Below are positions 9,592 through 17,673 of a stretch of DNA of 64,000 bases, one piece after another (positions within the stretch are counted from its first letter, which is position 1; each line of letters begins with the position of its first letter). The stretch is taken from contig CAXXKJ010000001.1 of NCBI GenBank assembly GCA_963675295.2, positions 32,043 through 96,042 on the forward strand, in the 5' to 3' direction. The translations under genes were made by a program, and so were the position numbers. Source of the DNA: a bacterium. Lineage in GTDB: Bacteria; Electryoneota; Electryoneia; Electryoneales; Electryoneaceae. Under the pieces are notes generated by a model. It did no database searches. It was not told the origin of the DNA and saw only the letters and a list, made by a program, of their open reading frames with translations.

Positions 9592-11445
9592 ATGAAAACC
9601 CTGGCACTTACCGTGCTTTGCGCGGGACTTCTGGCCGTCACGGCCTACGCTCAACCGGTTGAACAGTGGCAGTCGACGTTCGGCGGTGTGGACGACGAAG
9701 AGATCACGGGCATGTGCGCCACCGGCGACGGTGGGTTCATCGGTGTCGGACACGTCACCAGCCTGAACGATGACATCGCCTACCTTATCCGCTTCAACGC
9801 GGACGGGTCGGTCATGTGGAGCAACACGATCAGCGACACGACGGATCTGCGTTTGAGGGGCGTCTGTCAACGGAGCGGGACCAACGAATACGTCGCTGTC
9901 GGTACCTTTGGTCCCATCTATGGCGATTCCGACCAGTGGCTGGTCCGGTTCAACGGCAACACCGGCGCGGTCAACACCACGATACGGTTCGACGGCGCGT
10001 ACATCGACAATGCATGGTCGATCTACCAGACGTCGGATGGCGGCTACATCATCGGCGGTGAATCCAGCAGCGCGGCGTACGCGTTGCGTCTCGACGCCAG
10101 CTTCAACGTGGTCTGGGAACAGCGCCTGCTGCCTGACACCTACCAGTATTTCCGGGACATCAAGCCCACCAGTGACGGCGGCTATATCGCCGGCGGCGCG
10201 ATCTGGGAGGGCACGGACTTCTTCGACGCTGACGAACTGTGGGTCGCCAAGCTGGATTCGGGCGGCAACATCGACTGGTACATCAGCACCGGCGGCTGGG
10301 GCGATGATGTCGTCAACTCCGTGATTGAAACCCCGAACGGCAGCTTCATGGCCTGCGGCAGCCGACACGACACGTTACTCGGCAACGACGATCACGAACT
10401 GTGGGCGGCACGCATCAGCTCTACCGGTACGATCCAGTGGTCGCAGTACTTCGGGTCACCGACCGGCAACGAATATGGCACCTGGGTCGCGCAAGCACCG
10501 ACCGGATTTTACTTCGGCGGCTGGGGATCCAGCACCGCGACCACAGCATACGACGCCTGGCTGATCAACCTCGACGGCAACGGCAACATGCTGTGGAACG
10601 CGATCTACGGCGGAACCGGGTCGCAGTATGCCTACGACTGGTGCGATCTCGGCGACGGCGCCATTGGCGCGGCTGGCCGCTATTCGCCGCTCAGCCTGAC
10701 CGAGCTCGAAGCCTGGGGTATGCGTCTTGATACCCCGCAGACCCTCGTTGTTGACATCGCCCCAACCACACCGCCACTGGTGGTTCCGGCCAACGGCGGC
10801 AGCTTCCAGTACGAAGTCAACGTGCAGAACAACAGCAGTTCCGCGTTGACGTACGACGCATGGGTGCAGATCCAGTACCTGCCGACGATGCACACCGTCG
10901 AAGTCCGCTACTGGCCGAACACCCAGTTCCCAGCGAACCAGAGCGTCTCAGCGATTATCGGCCAGAGCATTCCCGCGAACGCGCCAGGTGGCGACTACGT
11001 TATGAGTCTGTTCATCGGCGACCATCCGTGGTCAGTCGAGGCGTATGGCTCGTTCCAGTTCAGCAAGGCTGGCAGCGCGGCGGATGCGTTGACCGTCTTC
11101 AACAACCCGACCCTTTGGCCAGCAACCGGCAGCTTCGAACAGGCGGAGGAAGCGGTCGTCGCGGACGCCAACGCACTTCCGTACGAGTTCAGCCTCGGCG
11201 CGGCCTACCCGAACCCGTTCAACCCGAGCACCACGTTGAACGTCAATCTGCCGGAAACGGCGGAACTGACCGTCTCGGTGTACAACGTCACCGGCCAACA
11301 GGTTGCCGAATTGGCACACGGATCGTTCAACGCCGGGTCGCACACACTGACCTTCGACGCGTCGAACCTGTCCGGCGGTGTCTACTTCGTGCGCGCCTCC
11401 GCGAACGGCTGGCACGCGACGCAGAAAGTCGTGCTGGTCAAGTAG
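9592..11445 (+). CDS. T9SS cargo: beta-propeller-like head + pre-CTD module + sorting domain
   Basis: A strong SD (GGGAGAGGGAG) precedes the start. Signal peptide MKTLALTVLCAGLLAVTAYAQ. Blades carry TSDGGYIIGG and TSDGGYIAGG. The module reads PPLVVPANGGSFQYEV...IPANAPGGDYVMSLFIGDHPW. The CTD is at 11203..11442. Confidence 0.88.
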   Translation: MKTLALTVLCAGLLAVTAYAQPVEQWQSTFGGVDDEEITGMCATGDGGFIGVGHVTSLNDDIAYLIRFNADGSVMWSNTISDTTDLRLRGVCQRSGTNEYVAVGTFGPIYGDSDQWLVRFNGNTGAVNTTIRFDGAYIDNAWSIYQTSDGGYIIGGESSSAAYALRLDASFNVVWEQRLLPDTYQYFRDIKPTSDGGYIAGGAIWEGTDFFDADELWVAKLDSGGNIDWYISTGGWGDDVVNSVIETPNGSFMACGSRHDTLLGNDDHELWAARISSTGTIQWSQYFGSPTGNEYGTWVAQAPTGFYFGGWGSSTATTAYDAWLINLDGNGNMLWNAIYGGTGSQYAYDWCDLGDGAIGAAGRYSPLSLTELEAWGMRLDTPQTLVVDIAPTTPPLVVPANGGSFQYEVNVQNNSSSALTYDAWVQIQYLPTMHTVEVRYWPNTQFPANQSVSAIIGQSIPANAPGGDYVMSLFIGDHPWSVEAYGSFQFSKAGSAADALTVFNNPTLWPATGSFEQAEEAVVADANALPYEFSLGAAYPNPFNPSTTLNVNLPETAELTVSVYNVTGQQVAELAHGSFNAGSHTLTFDASNLSGGVYFVRASANGWHATQKVVLVK

Positions 11446-11479
11446 TGCGTTTGCCGGACTGTTGATAGCAAACCGTGCA

Positions 11480-11508
11480 ACAGGGCGTGGCCGCCAGCCG
11501 CGCCCTGT
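11480..11508 (+). terminator. terminator-like hairpin
   Basis: ACAGGGCG-13 nt-CGCCCTGT is followed by GTTCTCGTT. Confidence 0.55.
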
Positions 11509-11796
11509 GTTCTCGTTGGTTGTTCGCATGCGCTAACTATGGCTCTGGAGTAAAATATCCACAATCGAATAAATAATCCTTGTTTACGAGTTAGGAACAC
11601 CTATCTTTTCTCGACCACACCGAAACACACCCTCTCCATGAGCGCTGACGATTTCACTTTGTCCGGGAAACCCTTCATGTGAGTGATGGCATAGGAGTGC
11701 AGTTGTTCATCACGTCCGGGAACCTCCCTCTAGACGATTCTCTCTGATCCCCGGCTCATCTCAATGCATGTCGTTCATGCTCACATCGGAGTAATC

Positions 11797-13113
11797 ATGA
11801 AACACGCTACCCGTTGGTTTCTGATGGTTGTCTTGCTGTCCGCGTTCGCCGCTACCGGCGCGCTGGCAAACGAACACGCAATTAACGGTGTCCCTTCGGA
11901 CGAACCTATCATCGACAGCATCCCCTATGACGGCTATGACGAGGACCGGGATAACATCATTGATGTTGAATTCGTCGACTTTGACGACATGGCCGCCCCC
12001 TGCTTCTTCTCAGATCAAGTTCCGCTGAGCAATGAATACGCCACGCAGGGTATCATCTTCAGCGGCCTCGGCGAAGTGCTGGATGAATGCGGAAACTTCG
12101 GCATCAGCAACTACTCATCGCCAAATTTCCTGGCGTTCAACACCGGCGGTGGAGTAAGTGGTCCGGAAGATCTGTTGTTTAACACGCCCATCAACAGCTT
12201 CTCGCTCTATGCAGGGCACAGCAGCGCAGGCACCATCTCGATGCGGGCCTACAACGCGGCCAACGTGTTGATTGACAGTGATGCTATCTCGGGCACGTCG
12301 AACCTGGCGCAAATGTCGGTAAGTGCCCCGGGAATTGTCCGCATTCATTTATCGTTCAGCGGCAGCATTGCCTGCTTTGACGACCTGATGTGGGATGATA
12401 CCCCGCAGACCCCGCTCATCCTTGAGCTGACCCCATTCACCTCGTCCGTGCCCGCCAGTGGTGGCAATGTGCAGTACCTGGCTGAGGTGACGAACTTCAC
12501 CAACTCGCCGATCACGCTGGATGCGTGGATCCAGATTGAACATGTCATGTCCGGCAACACCGTCGAAACCCGCTTCTGGCCGAACCGGACCTACCCGCCG
12601 AACGCGACGTCCAGCGCGATCCTGAATCAGTATATCCCAGCCATCGCGCCGGGTGGATCGTACAACCTGATCGGTATCCTCGGAAATCACCCGTGGGCGC
12701 CGATGTACTGGGATATGTTCCCGTTCGTCAAGACCGGGCCGTCAACGGATGGCATGCAGGCATTCGAACAACCGGAACTGTGGCCGTCAACCGGCAGCTT
12801 TGCCGTAGAAGAAACTTTCGCCGTGACTGCTGAAGGCGAATCACTGCCGCAGGAATTTGCGCTCGGCGCGGCCTACCCGAACCCCTTCAACCCGAGCACC
12901 ACGCTGTCCGTCAACCTCCCCGAAACGGCGGAGCTGACCGTCGCGGTTTACAATGTGGTCGGGCAGCAGGTCGCTGAGCTGGCGCACGGTACCTTCAACG
13001 CCGGGTCGCACATGTTGACCTTTGATGCGTCGAATCTGTCCGGCGGTGTCTACTTCGTGCACGCCTCCGCGAACGGTTGGAACGCGGTCCAGAAGGTTGT
13101 GCTGATGAAGTAA
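11797..13113 (+). CDS. T9SS cargo: unknown ~200-aa head + pre-CTD module + sorting domain
   Basis: ORF 11764..13113; ATG 11797 is preferred (GGAG upstream, signal peptide MKHATRWFLMVVLLSAFAATGALA). I do not recognise the head. The module reads SVPASGGNVQYLAEV...IPAIAPGGSY...GNHPW. The CTD is at 12871..13110. Confidence 0.85.
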   Translation: MKHATRWFLMVVLLSAFAATGALANEHAINGVPSDEPIIDSIPYDGYDEDRDNIIDVEFVDFDDMAAPCFFSDQVPLSNEYATQGIIFSGLGEVLDECGNFGISNYSSPNFLAFNTGGGVSGPEDLLFNTPINSFSLYAGHSSAGTISMRAYNAANVLIDSDAISGTSNLAQMSVSAPGIVRIHLSFSGSIACFDDLMWDDTPQTPLILELTPFTSSVPASGGNVQYLAEVTNFTNSPITLDAWIQIEHVMSGNTVETRFWPNRTYPPNATSSAILNQYIPAIAPGGSYNLIGILGNHPWAPMYWDMFPFVKTGPSTDGMQAFEQPELWPSTGSFAVEETFAVTAEGESLPQEFALGAAYPNPFNPSTTLSVNLPETAELTVAVYNVVGQQVAELAHGTFNAGSHMLTFDASNLSGGVYFVHASANGWNAVQKVVLMK

Positions 13114-13115
13114 TC

Positions 13116-13231
13116 TCAGTCCTGAATCTTGAGACCGGAGTCCTGAATGTTGAGACCAGGACGTAAGACTTGAGACGTGAGATGTGAGATAAACCTGTAC
13201 CGGGGACACTTACTCCGTTAAGTGTCCCCGG
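13116..13231 (+). repeat. post-stop 7-nt-periodic tract + REP-A hairpin
   Basis: Twelve heptads lie in one phase at 13116..13199 (tcagtcc tgaatct tgagacc ggagtcc tgaatgt tgagacc aggacgt aagactt gagacgt gagatgt gagataa acctgta). They are followed by CCGGGGACACTTA-ctccgt-TAAGTGTCCCCGG at 13200..13231. Confidence 0.75.
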
Positions 13232-13405
13232 TTTGATCTCCTCCGCTCCCCAGCGATCCTAATACGCGACACCCTGCCTCCCGAGTGACCAAAAACACAA
13301 ATCTTGCCCCGTCGATTTGCTTTCTTGTTCGGGTTGCCTAACTTTGCACGCGAGTACACGAACCCAGCTACACGCGATCAATCTCACGGGGATGGAGACA
13401 CGATC

Positions 13406-15268
13406 ATGAAAAACCTGATGCTGTTTACACTTTTACTGCTGATCACTGGAGCTGCCCATGCGCAGCCGATGGTGGAATGGTCCACCGTGGCGGTCGATAC
13501 CTATGACGAACACCTGTACGGCTGCGTTGATCACGTCGACAACGGCGTCATCGCGGTCGGCAATTCGGTTGAGCTGCCGGGATTCAACTTCCGGGGCGTC
13601 TTCACGCGTTTCGCAGATGACGGCACGCTGCTGTGGCAGAACCAATATGAACAGGTCGATTTCTATTTCGACTTCCGTGATGTCTGCGCCGTTCACGGCA
13701 GCACCACGGAATTCCTCGCCGTTGGCTACGCGACCGACTTGAACGCCGGCGAAAGCGACTTTTTCCTGCTGCATTTTGATGACGCGGGCAATGTGCTCAG
13801 CACCGCCAGTTGGGACGAAGGCACGAACGACCAGGCGTACAGCATCGAGCAGGTTCCGGCGGGCGGCTACATTGTCGGCGGCTATTCCGATATTTCCGGC
13901 TACCTGTTCTACCTCGACAACGCACTCAACCAGCAGTGGACCTCCGCCATCGCGCCAACCGGCGTGACGTCGAATTCGCTGAACCAGGTCCGTCCCTTGA
14001 GCTGCGGCGGCTTCATCTGCGCCGGGTCCGCGTTTGACGGCACCTACGCACAGCAATGGGTCGTCCGCACCGATCCGTACGGTCACCCAATGTGGACGTG
14101 GATCAACAGCACGACCAACGTCGGATTCGCCGAGGATGTGATCGAAACCGCCTACGGCGATTACGTGGTCACCGGCGCCGAATACAACAGCGGCGTGACC
14201 AACTACGACACCTGGACCGCACGAATCAGCGAGGCCGGTTCGCTGGTCTGGGAGACCATTGACGGCGGCATCGCGCAGCAGGACTTCAACACGTGGATCA
14301 TGCCCGGACCGGGCAGCGGATACTATATCGGCGGGTACGCCCAGAACGCCGGTGCCGGCGACTACGACCAGCACCTGCAGCAGTTTAACGAAACTGGTAC
14401 CATCGTCAATTCGTGGTTCATCTCCGAGGCCGGCGATCAGCTGATTTTTGATGCCTGCATGGTGGACAACGGCGAATACATCGCGGTCGGCGACCAGGAC
14501 GAGACCGACAGCTACGCGGTCAAATTGACTTTGCCCGCCGCGACATTCAGCGTGTTCGTTGACCCGGCCGCTCCGCCGGTGGTCATCCCGCCGGGCGGCG
14601 GATCGTTCGCGTTCGACGTGGGCGGTACCAACACCTCGGGCACTCCGTTCCTCACCGACGCCTGGATCAAGGTGTCGCACACCCCGACGATGAACTCAGT
14701 CGAAACGCATGTCTTCACCAATGTCGGCATCCCCGGCAGTGGCACGGTGTCCACAACGCTGATCCAGAACATTCCGGCGTTCGCACCGCCGGGAGATTAC
14801 GTGATGACGCTGCATGCCGGGAACTACCCGTGGGTGATCCAGGCGTACGATTCGATGACTTTCAGCAAGAGTTTCGTGACTTCCGCGATGGCGGCCGATC
14901 CCGACTTCGATCCGTCCATCTTTGACCGGGCCGAACTGTGGCCGGTCAGCGGCAGTTTCGACGGCGTAGAAACGAGTGTGATGGCGAACGACACGTCGCT
15001 CCCATCCGAGTTCAGCCTCGGTGCGGCGTACCCGAACCCGTTCAACCCGAGCACGACGCTGTCCGTCAACCTTCCGGAAACGGCAGAGCTGACCGTCGCG
15101 GTGTACAACGTCACCGGCCAACAGGTTGCCGAGCTGGCGCACGGATCGTATGCCGCCGGGTCGCACACGCTGACCTTTGACGCTTCCCACCTGTCCGGTG
15201 GGGTGTATTTTGTCCGCGCACTCAGCGGAAACCAGCACGTGGTACAAAAAGTCTTGTTACTGAAATAA
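13406..15268 (+). CDS. T9SS cargo: beta-propeller-like head + pre-CTD module + sorting domain
   Basis: ORF 13304..15268; ATG 13406 is preferred (GGAGAC upstream, signal peptide MKNLMLFTLLLLITGAAHAQ). The module reads PPVVIPPGGGSFAFDV...IPAFAPPGDYVMTLHAGNYPW. The CTD is at 15026..15265. Confidence 0.88.
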   Translation: MKNLMLFTLLLLITGAAHAQPMVEWSTVAVDTYDEHLYGCVDHVDNGVIAVGNSVELPGFNFRGVFTRFADDGTLLWQNQYEQVDFYFDFRDVCAVHGSTTEFLAVGYATDLNAGESDFFLLHFDDAGNVLSTASWDEGTNDQAYSIEQVPAGGYIVGGYSDISGYLFYLDNALNQQWTSAIAPTGVTSNSLNQVRPLSCGGFICAGSAFDGTYAQQWVVRTDPYGHPMWTWINSTTNVGFAEDVIETAYGDYVVTGAEYNSGVTNYDTWTARISEAGSLVWETIDGGIAQQDFNTWIMPGPGSGYYIGGYAQNAGAGDYDQHLQQFNETGTIVNSWFISEAGDQLIFDACMVDNGEYIAVGDQDETDSYAVKLTLPAATFSVFVDPAAPPVVIPPGGGSFAFDVGGTNTSGTPFLTDAWIKVSHTPTMNSVETHVFTNVGIPGSGTVSTTLIQNIPAFAPPGDYVMTLHAGNYPWVIQAYDSMTFSKSFVTSAMAADPDFDPSIFDRAELWPVSGSFDGVETSVMANDTSLPSEFSLGAAYPNPFNPSTTLSVNLPETAELTVAVYNVTGQQVAELAHGSYAAGSHTLTFDASHLSGGVYFVRALSGNQHVVQKVLLLK

Positions 15269-15293
15269 CCTCTCCCGTATTCGCGTAACTGCA

Positions 15294-15330
15294 ACAGCCA
15301 CAGCCATTTGCTGTGGCTGTCTTATTTCTG
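15294..15330 (+). terminator. rho-independent terminator
   Basis: ACAGCCACAGC-cattt-GCTGTGGCTGT, an 11-bp stem followed by CTTATTTCTG. Confidence 0.75.
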
Positions 15331-15607
15331 ATTATTTCAGTAGTTATGGCGATAGAGTTGCATCACGGTTTATCGCTGTGTAAACTCATTGTTAACCTGC
15401 AGACTTCTTGAGCTAACTACACGTTCTGTCCTTGTCGTTGCCTGTTCAATCTTCGGGGAACCCTTCGCGATTCGACATGAATACAGGATCCGTTTCACGA
15501 CGGTCTTGTGTCCTGCTTTTCCCATGAATCGCCCTGTCTATCGCACCGCCCACCTGCACTGTCTGCGGGGCATTCAGGTTTTCATGGTAACAGAGGAGGA
15601 ATAGACC

Positions 15608-17422
15608 ATGAAACACGCTTCATGTATCGCGATTCTGATCATCGCGCTGCTGGCAACTGCATCAGTGCCCGCGCTCGCCGAAGTCGAATTTACCGAACAT
15701 GTCGTGGATGACGACTTTGCGGGCGCTCAGGACGTGTGCGCCGCCGACATGGACTTCGACGACGACGTCGATTTTATCGCCTGCGGGTATTTCAGCAATC
15801 AGGTGGTCTGGTACGAATGCACGGCACCAAACACTTGGGATCCCCACATCGTTGACTACAATTGTGAAGGAGCGTGGTGCGTCGTCCCGGTCGATCTGGA
15901 TCAGGACGGTGACATGGATTTGATGTCGGCAGCATTTCTGGGTGATGAAGTATGCTGGTATGAAAACGATGGCAACATGAACTTCACCGAGCACTTTATC
16001 ACGTACTCTGATGGGCCAGAATCCATCCAGCCGGTCGATCTGGATCAGGACGGTGATCTGGATGTCGTCGTCGCGGATTACTTTGGCGATGCTGTGAGAT
16101 GGGTAGAAAATGATGGGGCTACGAATTGGACCCTCCATCTTGTGTCTGGAGTGGTCGACGGCGCCTGTTTTATCTTCCCGGTTGACCTCGATGAGGATGG
16201 AGATGTCGACATTATGGCCGCCGCTCGTCACGGGCACACCATGATCTGGTTTGAGAACGACGGCAATCAATCCTTTGCACAATACACCATCGCTGGATAT
16301 TACTCCGGTGCACGCTGCATCTGGCCTGTGGACATGGATGACGACGGCGATTTGGACGCACTCTGCGCGGCGGGGGATGGCGGCACCGTCGACTGGTTTG
16401 AACACACTCCTCAGATGGATTGGCCTCAGCATCAAATTGAGAATTCGCTGATGGGTGCGTGGTATGCCATGCCGGCGGATGTGGACAACGACGGCGACTG
16501 GGATGTGGTCGGATCAGGTTACATCGACAACCGGGTTGCCTGGTGGGAAAACGACGGGACAGCGCTCGGATGGACCGAACACGTCGTCTCAAATTCGTTT
16601 AATGGTGCGCAGACTGTACGGGCCTGCGATGCCGATCAGGACGGATTAATCGATATTCTTGGCGCGGCGTATCTGAACAACGATATCATCTGGTGGGAAC
16701 AGGTACAGAGTCCAATAGTTCTGGATCTTACGCCCGCGACAGAACCGGTGATCGTCCCACGAGGCCAGGCCTTCGCCTACAATCTCATGATCGAGAGCTT
16801 TGTCGAAGTTCCGGTGACAGCATATTTCTGGACCTCAGCCGTTCTACCATCCGGAAACACCTTTGGACCGGTGTACAGCACGCAGATTCCGTTCACCCCG
16901 GGTTTGACGATCGTTGTTAACCAAATACAGCAAATGGTACCCAACTTCGCTCCATTGGGTGAATATCAATGGGTCGCGAACATTGGTCCGAATCCAAACC
17001 AGCCAGCCTACATTTCTGACTCCTTCCCCTTCACCGTTGTGGCGCCGACAGTGACGGGCATGAATTCCACGGCGACCGGCTGGGCCACAAACGGCAACGA
17101 GCGCATACTCGAGGCACTGAACGGATCACCGGTGGCAAGTGCGAAATCGTCCATTCCTGATGCGTTTTCCCTGTCATCCGCATGGCCGAACCCGTTCAAC
17201 CCGAGCACGACGCTGACTCTTGACTTGCCCGAATCCGCCGAGCTGACGGTTGCGGTCTACAACGTCACCGGCCAACAGGTCGCCGAGCTGGCGCACGGAT
17301 CGTATGCCGCCGGGTCGCACACGCTGACCTTTGACGCCGCGAATCTTTCAGCCGGTGTGTACTTCGTCCGAGCGTCGGCTGGGCCGTGGAATGCGGTTCG
17401 GAAAATCGTGCTTTTGAAGTAG
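15608..17422 (+). CDS. T9SS cargo: FG-GAP/VCBS-repeat head + divergent pre-CTD module + sorting domain
   Basis: A GAGGAGGA SD precedes the start. Signal peptide MKHASCIAILIIALLATASVPALA. Seven FG-GAP Ca-binding motifs (VDLDQDGDMDLM, VDLDQDGDLDVV, VDLDEDGDVDIM, VDMDDDGDLDAL, ADVDNDGDWDVV, and others). The module is divergent (VPNFAPLGEY). The CTD is at 17180..17419 (AWPNPFNPSTTL). Confidence 0.88.
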   Translation: MKHASCIAILIIALLATASVPALAEVEFTEHVVDDDFAGAQDVCAADMDFDDDVDFIACGYFSNQVVWYECTAPNTWDPHIVDYNCEGAWCVVPVDLDQDGDMDLMSAAFLGDEVCWYENDGNMNFTEHFITYSDGPESIQPVDLDQDGDLDVVVADYFGDAVRWVENDGATNWTLHLVSGVVDGACFIFPVDLDEDGDVDIMAAARHGHTMIWFENDGNQSFAQYTIAGYYSGARCIWPVDMDDDGDLDALCAAGDGGTVDWFEHTPQMDWPQHQIENSLMGAWYAMPADVDNDGDWDVVGSGYIDNRVAWWENDGTALGWTEHVVSNSFNGAQTVRACDADQDGLIDILGAAYLNNDIIWWEQVQSPIVLDLTPATEPVIVPRGQAFAYNLMIESFVEVPVTAYFWTSAVLPSGNTFGPVYSTQIPFTPGLTIVVNQIQQMVPNFAPLGEYQWVANIGPNPNQPAYISDSFPFTVVAPTVTGMNSTATGWATNGNERILEALNGSPVASAKSSIPDAFSLSSAWPNPFNPSTTLTLDLPESAELTVAVYNVTGQQVAELAHGSYAAGSHTLTFDAANLSAGVYFVRASAGPWNAVRKIVLLK

Positions 17423-17452
17423 GTCGGTACGCGTTTGCCGCGAAATTGTTAG

Positions 17453-17490
17453 CGGAGACGGGTCCAATGGGCCTGTCTCCGTTGTTTTTT
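17453..17490 (+). terminator. rho-independent terminator
   Basis: CGGAGACGGG-tccaatgg-CCTGTCTCCG, a 10-bp stem with one G-U pair, followed by TTGTTTTTT. Confidence 0.8.
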
Positions 17491-17673
17491 CAGGGTTTCA
17501 GCAGACTTCCCGCAATCTCTCCTCCCAGTCTGCGACCTCATCGAATCCTTGTAATTCGCTTGCATCTAGCAGACCATCATCCAACTTTCTCAGACTGTCG
17601 TGGACTGGCACCGCGACAGGCGCGCGGAACCCCCTCCGTGCGGGCTGAATTTCGGGAAATGGGAGCAAAATTC

